Positions 11,452 through 21,503 of a stretch of 64,000 nucleotides of DNA are shown in pieces. Under the pieces are notes generated by a model. It saw nothing but the letters and a program-made list of their open reading frames with translations. It was not told where the DNA came from and searched no databases. The stretch is from positions 608,001 to 672,000 of the forward strand of contig CAWCKH010000004.1 in the NCBI GenBank assembly GCA_963796055.1, given 5' to 3'. The stretch is from an uncultured delta proteobacterium. Lineage in GTDB: Bacteria > Myxococcota > Myxococcia > Myxococcales > Myxococcaceae. Numbering within the stretch: the stretch's first letter is position 1; each line of letters opens with the position of its first letter. The translations under genes and the position numbers were made by a program.

Positions 11452-12399
11452 TCAGCGGGACCGGACCGCTCGCAGCGCGAGCCCCTCGTAGAGCAGCCAC
11501 GCCCCGAGGTGGCAGGTCAGGTCGGCATGGTCCAGTGCCGGGGAGATCTCGACCAGGTCCATGCCGACCAGGCGTGCGCCGGCCATTCCGCGGAGCAGCT
11601 GGAGCGCCTCGCGCGAGCTGAGCCCCCCGGGGACCGGCGTCCCGGTGCCCGGGGCGAAGGCCGGGTCGATGCCGTCCACGTCGAAGCTGACGTAGAGCGG
11701 ACGGTCGCCGATGGCCTCGCGGATCTCGCGGGCGACGTCCTCGATGCCCCGCTGCTCCACCACCGGTATCGAATACCCGTGCGCGCCGTGCGCCGCGACC
11801 AGCGCACCTTCCTCGGGGTGGCCCCAGGACGCGCGCAGGCCCACCTGGAAGAGCTGACCCGGAGCGATGAGTCCCTCGGTCAGCGCATGGCGGAGCGGCG
11901 CCCCGTGGTGGAACGGCTCGCCCCAGACCTCGGGACCACTGGTGTCCAGGTGCGCGTCGACGTGCAGCACCGACAGCGGCCCGTGCGCCGCGGCGACGGC
12001 GCGCATCGCCGGCAGCGCGACCGAGTGGTCGCCACCGGCGACGAACGGCGTCGCATCGGCGGCGACGATCGCTGCCACCTCGGTCTGGACCAGGTGCCGG
12101 ACGGCGGCCGCATCGAAGGGCGGGAAGGGCACGTTGCCGCCGTCCAGCGCCCGGAGGCTGCGGAACACGTCGAGCTGGTGGAACGGATGGAAGGTCTGGA
12201 GCAACGCGCTGGTCCGGCGCAGATGGTACGGCGCCAGCCGCGCGCCCGGCTGGTAGGTGACGGCCCCATCGTAGGGCACACCGAGCAGCACCGCGTCGAC
12301 CCCGGCATAGGGCGTGGCACTGCCCACGTCGGCCACCGGGAGCCGGAAGAACGGCATCTGTCCGTGGCGGAGGTACTCGGCGGCGGACTGCTGGGGCAT
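11452..12399 (-). CDS. speB: Agmatinase/ureohydrolase family protein
   Basis: GGDHSV, DAHLD, SFDVDGIDP, APGTGTPVPGG. Start reassigned to ATG 12399. Exact substrate uncertain. Confidence 0.85.
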   Translation of the reverse strand: MPQQSAAEYLRHGQMPFFRLPVADVGSATPYAGVDAVLLGVPYDGAVTYQPGARLAPYHLRRTSALLQTFHPFHQLDVFRSLRALDGGNVPFPPFDAAAVRHLVQTEVAAIVAADATPFVAGGDHSVALPAMRAVAAAHGPLSVLHVDAHLDTSGPEVWGEPFHHGAPLRHALTEGLIAPGQLFQVGLRASWGHPEEGALVAAHGAHGYSIPVVEQRGIEDVAREIREAIGDRPLYVSFDVDGIDPAFAPGTGTPVPGGLSSREALQLLRGMAGARLVGMDLVEISPALDHADLTCHLGAWLLYEGLALRAVRSR

Positions 12400-13186
12400 C
12401 AGCGAGCCCCCCGAGCAGCCCCGAGATCTGGAACCGCACCTCGTCGGCGCAGGCCTGCGCGGAGACGAAGCGGCGTGCATCGACTGGCTCACCGAAGCGG
12501 ACCACGGCGTGGAGCGAGGGGCGGGTGGTCATCCGCCAGTAGTGCGGCAGGAACGGCGCGCCACCGACCCAGGCCGCGTCCTCGGGATGCAGGCGCAACG
12601 CCACCGGGCCCACCCGGACGCCGGCCCGCCGGGCGATGCCGAACAGCCCCCGATGGAAGGGGAGCAGCGGCCCCGAGCCGTCGGTGGTGGTCCCCTCGGG
12701 AAAGTTGAGCACCGGGACGTCCGCGGCGAGCCGGCGCAGGGCCCTCCGCAGCACCAGCGCGCCGTGGTGGGCGGAGCCGCGGCGGATGAAGAGCGTGCCC
12801 ACGTGCGCCGCCACCCGGCCGAGGAACGGCCAGCCCGCGAGCTCCGACTTGGCGATGGCGGCCAGCGGGAGCAGCGCGCCGATGACGATCGGGTCCAGGT
12901 AGCCGAGGTGGTTGGAGGCGAGCACCACCGGTCCTCTGGGCACCTGACCTCGCACCGTCACGTGCACCCCGTTGATCTCCAGCAGCCGCAGGGCGAGCCG
13001 GTGGGCGGTGCGGGCGGACTGCTGGTAGCGCTCCCTCTCCGCCATTCCGGCGGGAGGGACGGTGCGGATCTCGGTGCAGAGCGCGCCGAAGCAGGCCCGA
13101 GCCCGGCGAAGGGCGCGGGTTGCCCCCGTCGCCGACTCGACCAGCGGACGCGGTTCCCGGAGCGCGAGCGGGGAGGCTCCGCTCAC
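12399..13186 (-). CDS. PlsC/OlsA-like lysophospholipid acyltransferase (expected stop is out of frame by one base)
   Basis: NHLGYLD (HX4D), AKSEL..WP, FPEGT. As written it reads through to 11276. One extra C in the C6 run at 12407-12412 would give a TGA overlapping the agmatinase ATG. Confidence 0.8.
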
Positions 13187-13713
13187 GCCGCCCCCCGGAG
13201 CGGTGCGCTCTCCGGCGCGACCAGCCCCAGGCGCTCGTAGCGGGCGCGGAGGGCGGCGAAGCCCTCGCGGTCGATGCGGGAGACGATGCGATCGACGCCA
13301 GGGCCGTAGAAGCTGTGCCGGACCCCAACCTCCTTGCCGCCCAGCGCCGCATGGAGCGCGCGGGCCGCGGCGTTCGACTCGTCCACGGTGAACCAGCAGC
13401 TGTCCACCCGGTCCACGAGGTAGCCCACCAGCGCCCGGAGCAGCTGCACCACCACCCGGGTCCGCTGGTAGTCGGGGACCACCGCCAGGGTGGTGCAGTA
13501 GGCCTCGCGGTCCTTCACGAAGGACAGGAGATATCCCGCAGGACGATCACCGTCGAAGGCGACGAAGCAGCTCTCGCGGAAGAACTCGCAGCACAGCCGG
13601 ACGTAGTAGGGCCCGAGCAGGGCCTCGCCCTGCGCTCCGAAGACGTCCTCCTCCAGCCTCATCAGCGCGTCGAAATCTTCCGGGCAGAGCGTGCGGACGG
13701 TGTACCGCGCCAT
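13183..13713 (-). CDS. GNAT family N-acyltransferase
   Basis: AAGGAGGA RBS before ATG 13713; GNAT pattern ([24 protein letters not shown]); GTGA overlap with the acyltransferase. Confidence 0.85.
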   Translation of the reverse strand: MARYTVRTLCPEDFDALMRLEEDVFGAQGEALLGPYYVRLCCEFFRESCFVAFDGDRPAGYLLSFVKDREAYCTTLAVVPDYQRTRVVVQLLRALVGYLVDRVDSCWFTVDESNAAARALHAALGGKEVGVRHSFYGPGVDRIVSRIDREGFAALRARYERLGLVAPESAPLRGAA

Positions 13714-13754
13714 CAAGCAGTCCTCCTTCGAGGAGCGATGGGAGGCCAATATGA

Positions 13755-13770
13755 AGCACCGCCGTGCCAG
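13755..13770 (-). promoter_or_regulatory. Possible sigma54-like promoter for the GNAT operon
   Basis: CTGGCACGGCGGTGCT has a perfect TGGCACG, but the GG-GC spacing is 9 instead of 10. Confidence 0.35.
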
Positions 13771-13805
13771 CACGCTTGCGAGCGGGGGACATCCGGGCGA
13801 CGTGT

Positions 13806-13849
13806 GTGACTCGTCTGGATGACGCGCGTGACACGCCTGGATGACGGGC
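13806..13849. repeat. Two tandem 22-bp imperfect repeats, likely regulator binding sites
   Basis: GTGACTCGTCTGGATGACGCGC / GTGACACGCCTGGATGACGGGC (19/22 identical), followed by GTCAC. Confidence 0.7.
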
Positions 13850-14052
13850 GTCACGCGGGTCCGGTCAGCGCACGGCGGATGTGCGATTCACGCGTTTAGG
13901 GGCGGCTGATCGAGATGGCCGGGACGCGGGCCGGTGAGATGGTGTGCGCACTGATCCGCGTGGCGTTCGCTCGGCGAACGGCGGTCGTTGACGGGATCGC
14001 GACGACCGCATCGCGCCGGAAACGCCCCGCTGTCATGGGCGTGTCGGGTGAT

Positions 14053-14721
14053 TCAGCGCCCGAAGAGGCGCTTCCGCTGCTTGACGCTCAGCGCGTAGAA
14101 GCGGTCCCGGAGCACGCGTGCCTCGGCCTCCGGAAGGTCGCCGCCGGGCTTGCCGTGGTCGAGCCTCCAGCCGATGGCCCGCGAGAGCGTGGCCGAGACC
14201 GCGGCCGAGACGTTCAGGCTGCGGGTGAAGCCGCGCATCGGAATCCAGAACGCCTCGTCCGCGGCGGCTAGCGCATCGGGGGTGACGCCGGTGCGCTCGT
14301 TGCCGAAGACCAGGGCCAGCGGACGGCCGAACTCCATCTCGAACACGCTGTGCGCGTCCTGGCGGACCGCGGAGACGCAGATGCGGTACCCGGCCGCGTG
14401 GAGCGCCCGGGCACAGGCAGCGAAGCTACGGTGACGGCGCACGTCCAGCCACTTGTCGCAGCCTTGCGTCACCTTGTCGTGCGGAGCGAAGGGCACGTCC
14501 GGGTTCTCCACCACGTGGACGTCCTGGAGCCCAAAGGCCTCGCAGCTGCGGAGCACCGCCGCCATGTTGAAGGTGTCCTCGAGCTGGTCGAGCACCACCG
14601 TCAGCCCCCGCAGCCGGCGCGAGACGACCGCGTCCACCTTCTCGCGCCGCGGCGGCAGCAGCAGCGAGTCGGCCGCCGGAGCGGGACGGGAAGGCGCGCT
14701 GCCGGACGGAGCGCGCTTCAT
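14053..14721 (-). CDS. trmH: TrmH/SpoU family RNA methyltransferase
   Basis: NMAAVLRSCEAFG, LVFGNERTG, IPMRGFTRSLNVS. Confidence 0.88.
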   Translation of the reverse strand: MKRAPSGSAPSRPAPAADSLLLPPRREKVDAVVSRRLRGLTVVLDQLEDTFNMAAVLRSCEAFGLQDVHVVENPDVPFAPHDKVTQGCDKWLDVRRHRSFAACARALHAAGYRICVSAVRQDAHSVFEMEFGRPLALVFGNERTGVTPDALAAADEAFWIPMRGFTRSLNVSAAVSATLSRAIGWRLDHGKPGGDLPEAEARVLRDRFYALSVKQRKRLFGR

Positions 14722-16034
14722 CGCTTGCCCTTCTTCGCCGGGGGCCGGGAGCTGGCGCGGGCCGTGCTGCGTGCGGCGGTCGCGCCCTGCCCGCTGGGGC
14801 CGGAACGGCCGGGCGCTTGACGGCGGGCGGGCGTCTTTCGGCGGGGCCTCGCGTCCGGTGTCGCGCTGGTGCCGGCCCGGCCCCGGTCGGCACGTGCGTC
14901 ACGGGGCGACTTCGGGCTCCCGGTAGACGGAGCGGTGGGCGAGGCCGATGCTGGCGGGAGGGTCGGCGTGACCGGGGCACCCGCGCGCGGGCGCCTCCTG
15001 GGCCGCCCGGCGCGCCCGAGCGTGGGGAGCGCGCCGCCCGACAGCACCTGCGCCACGGCGTCCAGCAGCGGCCCGAGCCCCTCCCCGGTCGCGGCGGAGA
15101 TGGGGAACACCGGCACGCCCCGCCGGGCCATCGCCGCCTGGAACGGCGCCAGGCGCTCGCGCGCCTCCGGGAGGTCGATCTTGTTGGCCGCGATGAGCTG
15201 CGGCTTCCCCGCCAGCTCAGGGCTGTAGCGCGCGAGCTCCCGGTCGAGCACGTCGAGATCGCGCAGCGGCGCGCGGTCCTCGCCGGGCGCCGAGAGGTCC
15301 ACCAGGTGGATCAGCACCCGGCAGCGCTCGACGTGGCGGAGGAACTGGTGCCCCAGTCCGGCGCCTTCGGCCGCGCCCTCGATGATCCCGGGGATGTCCG
15401 CCAGGACGAAGGACACCCCGTCCTTGTAGGGGACCACACCGAGGTTCGGCACCAGGGTCGTGAACGGGTAATCGGCCACCTTCGGCCGCGCGCGGGACAC
15501 CCGGGAGATGAGCGTGCTCTTCCCGGCGTTGGGGAACCCGAGCAGCCCCACGTCGGCGAGCAGCTTCAGCTCCAGTACCAGACGCCGCTCCTCACCCGGC
15601 TTGCCGTCCTGGGCGAAGCGCGGCGTCTGCCGGGTGGAGGTGGCGAAGTTCATGTTGCCGAGCCCCCCGCGGCCGCCCCGGGCGACGACGGCCCGGGCGC
15701 CGGGCTCGGCGAGGTCGGCCAGGAGCTCGCCCGAGTCCTGGTCGCGGATCAGCGTCCCCACCGGGACCCGCAGGACGAGGTCCTCGGCGGAGGCCCCGTT
15801 CATGTCGCTGCCCATGCCGTGCTGGCCGTTCTTCGCCCGGTGGTGCTGCTGGTACCGGTAGTCCAGCAGGGTGGTCAGCCCGGTGTCCGCCTCGAAGACG
15901 ACCGACCCGCCGTTGCCTCCATCACCGCCCGAGGGACCGCCCCGCTCGACGAACTTCTCACGGCGGAAAGCGACGGCGCCGTTCCCGCCGTCCCCGGCCT
16001 TCACCTGGATGGAGACCTGGTCGACGAACTTCAC
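14718..16034 (-). CDS. obgE: GTPase ObgE with basic low-complexity C-terminal tail
   Basis: MKFVD..GDGGNG..FRREKF, GFPNAGKS, DYPFTTL, DIPG, NKID. Confidence 0.97.
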   Translation of the reverse strand: MKFVDQVSIQVKAGDGGNGAVAFRREKFVERGGPSGGDGGNGGSVVFEADTGLTTLLDYRYQQHHRAKNGQHGMGSDMNGASAEDLVLRVPVGTLIRDQDSGELLADLAEPGARAVVARGGRGGLGNMNFATSTRQTPRFAQDGKPGEERRLVLELKLLADVGLLGFPNAGKSTLISRVSRARPKVADYPFTTLVPNLGVVPYKDGVSFVLADIPGIIEGAAEGAGLGHQFLRHVERCRVLIHLVDLSAPGEDRAPLRDLDVLDRELARYSPELAGKPQLIAANKIDLPEARERLAPFQAAMARRGVPVFPISAATGEGLGPLLDAVAQVLSGGALPTLGRAGRPRRRPRAGAPVTPTLPPASASPTAPSTGSPKSPRDARADRGRAGTSATPDARPRRKTPARRQAPGRSGPSGQGATAARSTARASSRPPAKKGKR

Positions 16035-16082
16035 GGCACGCCTAGGGTGCTGCAGCCACGCCCGGATGCTCCGGGTGCTGGA

Positions 16083-16352
16083 TCAGGCGCTGGCCGGCGC
16101 CTGGGGGTAGACCGAGACCTTCTTCCGGTCCTTGCCCAGACGCTCGTACTTCACGACGCCGTCGACGGTCGCGTACAGGGTGTAGTCGCGGCCGAGGCGG
16201 ACGTTCGAGCCCGGGTGGATGACGGTGCCCAGCTGGCGGACGAGGATGCTGCCGGCGTGAACGCTCTCGCCGCCGTACACCTTGACCCCGCGCCGCTGTC
16301 CGGCCGAGTCGCGCCCGTTGCGCGAGCTGCCCTGTCCCTTCTTGTGAGCCAT
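16083..16352 (-). CDS. rpmA: 50S ribosomal protein L27
   Basis: [16 protein letters not shown]. Confidence 0.98.
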   Translation of the reverse strand: MAHKKGQGSSRNGRDSAGQRRGVKVYGGESVHAGSILVRQLGTVIHPGSNVRLGRDYTLYATVDGVVKYERLGKDRKKVSVYPQAPASA

Positions 16353-16379
16353 GGTCCGATTCCTGGTTGGGCCCGGGGG

Positions 16380-16688
16380 TCAGCCCGCGACCGAGACGAC
16401 CTTCACTTCGGTGTAGGGCTGCCGGTGGCCCTTGCGACGCGTCCAGCCTTCCTTCTCCTTCCGGAAGTGCAGCACGCGGCGGTACCTGTCCTGGGCGAGG
16501 ATCTTCCCCACCACCTTCGCCCCGTCCACGAGCGGACGGCCGGCCTTCGGGGACTCCGTCCCGCCCAGCCAGAGCACCTCGGCGAAGGTGATCTCGCTGC
16601 CGACCTCGCCGGGAACCTTCTCGATGCGGACGACATCGCCCTCGGCGACGCGGTACTGCTTACCGCCGGTGCGGATGACTGCGTACAT
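16380..16688 (-). CDS. rplU: 50S ribosomal protein L21
   Basis: MYAVIRTGGKQYRV ... KGHRQPYT. Confidence 0.98.
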   Translation of the reverse strand: MYAVIRTGGKQYRVAEGDVVRIEKVPGEVGSEITFAEVLWLGGTESPKAGRPLVDGAKVVGKILAQDRYRRVLHFRKEKEGWTRRKGHRQPYTEVKVVSVAG

Positions 16689-16720
16689 CTGGACCTTGCC
16701 CCTGTCGTGAAAGGGCCGAG

Positions 16721-16749
16721 CGAATAGCCCGCAACCCCCCGGAAGTCAA
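16721..16749 (-). promoter_or_regulatory. Probable housekeeping sigma70-type promoter of rplU-rpmA-obgE
   Basis: TTGACT-17 nt-TATTCG on the minus strand, about 30 bp upstream of rplU. Confidence 0.55.
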
Positions 16750-16840
16750 GGCGGATGCCGGCCGTCGGAGGCCACCGGGGCGATCGGGGGGCGGGCCTCG
16801 CAACACCCGGCCCGGGTGGGGTCCTCCGCTCATGCTCTCC

Positions 16841-17191
16841 ATGAATCGTCGCGAGGTCATCTTCCGGATCGGCGGGGTGCTCCTCGCCCTCCCTGCCTCC
16901 CGGGTGCTGATGGCATGCGGTGACAGCGGCGGGGGCACGAGCCCTCAGTCGCTGACCTTCACCTCGTCGAACGACCTGGGGCACACCCACACCGTGAGCC
17001 TCCAGCTGAGCGAGATCAGCAGTCCCCCGACCGCCGGGGTCACCAAGACGACCTCGAACGACCTGGCTCACACCCACATGGTCAGCCTGACCGCCGCAGA
17101 CCTGGACACGATCAACCAGGGCAACACGGTCACCAAGACCACGACCAACGAGGACAACCACACGCACACCTTCGCGTTCCGGAAGAGCTGA
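16841..17191 (+). CDS. Small Tat-type lipoprotein with three His-Thr-His repeats (putative metal-binding)
   Basis: MNRREVI twin-arginine signal, lipobox LMAC, three repeats of T-x-T-S/T-N-D/E-x-x-HTH. Confidence 0.75.
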   Translation: MNRREVIFRIGGVLLALPASRVLMACGDSGGGTSPQSLTFTSSNDLGHTHTVSLQLSEISSPPTAGVTKTTSNDLAHTHMVSLTAADLDTINQGNTVTKTTTNEDNHTHTFAFRKS

Positions 17192-17349
17192 GCGGCGGCG
17201 CCCGACCGGCCTGGTCCTGGGCGAGGCCGCTCGAACGGAGATCGAGCCCAGGTGTCCCGAGGAGCGCGCTGGCTCTGAGCCGACGCGAGGGCTCCGGGGC
17301 GTGCGGCGGGATGGCTTGATCCCGCCTGGCCTCAGCCTCGACGGCAGGT

Positions 17350-17786
17350 GGGTTGCCACAGCGCGAGGCCCACACGACGCGCGGGTCCGGCAGTCCGGAC
17401 AGCAGCACTCGCGACAATCCTGAAATCCGCGGGTCGGCGGACACCCCGGAACGTGGAATTGCATCCTGCATCCCTGAACGATCTCTCCGGTGGGCGGGGG
17501 GGTCGTGCGGGTACGCCTTGCTCGAACGTGGAAGGGTCCGTTTCGGAACGTGGAATTGCATCCTGCATCCCTGAACCGCACTCCACGTTCCCGGGGCCTC
17601 ACTTCGCGGCCTGACACGACCGCTGCCCGCCACCCCCTCCGGACGGAGAGATTGTTTCGGGACGTGAAACGCAATCCAGCGTTCCCGCGGCCCGCGTTCG
17701 TGCCCGCTTCCGGCCCACGCTGACCGACGCGGAGTTCCGTGAAGTCCGCGGGTCGGGACGCAACCCGCAACCATCTGTTGCAACCC
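17350..17786. repeat. ~440-bp imperfect palindromic intergenic element containing two identical 33-bp repeats
   Basis: CGGAACGTGGAATTGCATCCTGCATCCCTGAAC at 17447-17479 and 17544-17576; degenerate copy from 17658; outer inverted repeat GGGTTGCCACAG / CTGTTGCAACCC. Confidence 0.7.
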
Positions 17787-17949
17787 GCCCGCGCTCCGAG
17801 CGGAGGCCAGCGCGACCGAGGCAGTGCCGCCGAACCCCGCCGCACCGCCGTTCCTACGGGCGCTCCTCTTCCGGAGCCGCACGCCCGCTCGCGCACCGTC
17901 GATCCATCGAGCCACGCAACGTCGGTGCCCGCCCTCGCGGCTCGGCGCC

Positions 17950-19388
17950 TCAGTCCCCGAGCTTCGCCTTCAGCGCGGCGTTGACCAGGGCCGGGTTCCC
18001 CTTCCCCTTCATCGCCTTCATCACCTGGCCGACGAGGAAGCCGAACACCTGCTTCTTCCCCGCGCGGTACTTCTCCACCTCGCCAGGGTTCGCCGCCAGC
18101 ACCGCGTCCACCGCGGCCTCGACCGCGCCCGAGTCCTGGACCTGGATCAGCCCCTTCTCCTGGGCGATGTCCTTGGGCGGCCGCCCGGTCCGGAACATCT
18201 CGGCGAATACGTCCTTCGCCGCGTTGTTCGACAGCTCGCCACCGTCGACCAGCGTGAGCAGCGCGGCGAACTGCTCGGGCGAGAACCGGAGGGCGGAGAG
18301 CTCGGCGGACTCCTCCTTGAGGAGCCGGAGGAGCTCGCCGGTGAACCAGTTGGCCAGCTTCTTCGCCGGCCCCCCGTATGCCCCCTGGACCTTCTCGAAG
18401 AGATCCGCCAGCGCACGGTCCCCGACCAGGATCTTCGCATCGTACGCCGGAAGCCCGTAATCGCTGGTGAAGCGGTGCAGCTTCGCCCGCGGCAGCTCCG
18501 GGAGCTCGCGCTCGATCCGCTCCACGTACCCCGGTGGGATGCGCAAGGGCGGCAGGTCCGGCTCGGGGAAGTAGCGGTAGTCGTGCGCCTCCTCCTTGCT
18601 GCGCATGCTCCGCGTCTCGCCCCGGACGGCGTCGAACAGCCGGGTCTCCTGGGCGACCTTCCCGCCCTCCTCGAGGCGCCTGACTTGACGTTCGATCTCG
18701 TAGTCGATGGCCTTCTGCACGAAGCGGAAGGAATTGATGTTCTTCAGCTCCACCCGCTGCCCGTACCGGGTCGCGCCCTTGCGCATCACCGAGACGTTGG
18801 CGTCGCAGCGGAAGCTCCCCTCCTCGAGGTTTCCATCGTTGACCTCCAGGTAGACCAGCACGTCGCGGAGCGCCTTGAGGTACTCCGCGGCCTCGGCGCT
18901 GGAGCGGATGTCCGGCTCGCTGACGATCTCCACCAGCGGGACGCCGGAGCGGTTCAGGTCCACCAGGCTCTCGCCCCCGCCCGGGTCGTGGACGTTCTTC
19001 CCCGCGTCCTCCTCGAGGTGGATGCGGAGGATGCGAATCCGCTTCGGGCCGTCGTCGGTGTCGATCTCCAGCGCGCCGTGCTCGCAGAGCGGCTGGTCGT
19101 ACTGGCTGATCTGGTAGCCCTTGGGGAGGTCCGGGTAGAAGTAGTTCTTCCGGGCCCAGATGCTGACCGGATTGATCCGGCACTCCAGCGCCCGGCCGGT
19201 CCGCACCGCGTACTCCACCACCTTCTCGTTCAAGACCGGAAGCACACCCGGCATCCCCAGGCACACCGCGCAGGTGTGGGCGTTGGGTGGGGCGCCGAAC
19301 TCGGTGGAGCAGCCGCAGAAGATCTTGCTCCGGGTCAGGAGCTGCGCGTGCACCTCGAGCCCGATGACCGGCTGAAAATCGGACACGC

Positions 19389-19392
<4 letters not shown>
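17950..19392 (-). CDS. gatB: Asp-tRNA(Asn)/Glu-tRNA(Gln) amidotransferase subunit B
   Basis: [45 protein letters not shown]. Confidence 0.98.
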
Positions 19393-20861
<1,469 letters not shown>

Positions 20862-20865
20862 CGCT

Positions 20866-21153
20866 TCACTCGATGATGCGCGGCACGGCGAAGCTGGTCC
20901 CCACCTTCGCCGGCGCGTTGCCCAGCGCCTTCTCCGGCGGGAAGGACGCACGCACTTCGTCGGCCCGCCAGGGGGCCACCTCTCCCGCGGCGTGCGAGGT
21001 GGGCTCGACGGTGGAGGTGTCCACCCGCGACAGCTCGGCCACCGCGTCGAGGATGGCGCTGAGCTGGGTGCGCATCAGCGTCTCCTCCTCGGCGGAGAGC
21101 GAGAGCCGGGCCAGGCTGGCCACGTGCCGCACCTCTTCCAGGGTGAGCGACAT
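20866..21153 (-). CDS. gatC: Amidotransferase subunit C
   Basis: [17 protein letters not shown] ... FAVPRIIE; directly upstream of gatA. Confidence 0.95.
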   Translation of the reverse strand: MSLTLEEVRHVASLARLSLSAEEETLMRTQLSAILDAVAELSRVDTSTVEPTSHAAGEVAPWRADEVRASFPPEKALGNAPAKVGTSFAVPRIIE

Positions 21154-21155
21154 GG

Positions 21156-21482
21156 TCAGTCGTTCTTGAAGATGTTCAGCAGCGCGCTCACCACCGCGTG
21201 CCGCTGCTCGGGGGACTGGAGCTGCTTCTGGAAGTGCGCCAGCTCCCCGGCGTCGATCCACAGCCCCTTGCAGTTGAAGCAGGTGTCGAGGTCCACCTCG
21301 CCCCGCTTCAGGGTGTGGAGGTCGAAGCCGCACTTGGGGCACTTCATGTAGTGGAGCGTGCGGAGCGCCTCCTTCTGCTGCTCGGCCATGACCTGCGCCT
21401 GCTGGAAGGCCAGCTTCCGCTTCTTCTCCACGTCCTCGCGGGCGAAGTACTCGTCCTCTTCCTTCGAAGGCTTGTCCAGCAT
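21156..21482 (-). CDS. zf-TFIIB-like zinc-finger protein
   Basis: EEDEYF N-terminus; MKCPKCG ... DTCFNCKGLWIDAGEL. Confidence 0.85.
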   Translation of the reverse strand: MLDKPSKEEDEYFAREDVEKKRKLAFQQAQVMAEQQKEALRTLHYMKCPKCGFDLHTLKRGEVDLDTCFNCKGLWIDAGELAHFQKQLQSPEQRHAVVSALLNIFKND

Positions 21483-21503
21483 GGTTCTTCCCTTCTGCCC
21501 CGA

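Noticed and set aside
11276..12398. C-terminal 370 aa of the 636-aa acyltransferase ORF as a real domain
   Set aside because: Low-complexity alternate-frame translation of the agmatinase gene, caused by the missing stop.
17447..17576. CRISPR array interpretation of the 33-bp repeats
   Set aside because: Only two exact copies, a 64-bp spacer, flanking segments that are related inverted sequences rather than unique spacers, and no cas genes in the window.
16403..19264. 953-aa minus-strand ORF and the intergenic ORFs containing GCRMQFHVP repeats
   Set aside because: Out-of-frame shadow of gatB and rplU with Arg/Gly/Pro-rich composition; the peptide repeat simply reflects the DNA repeat.
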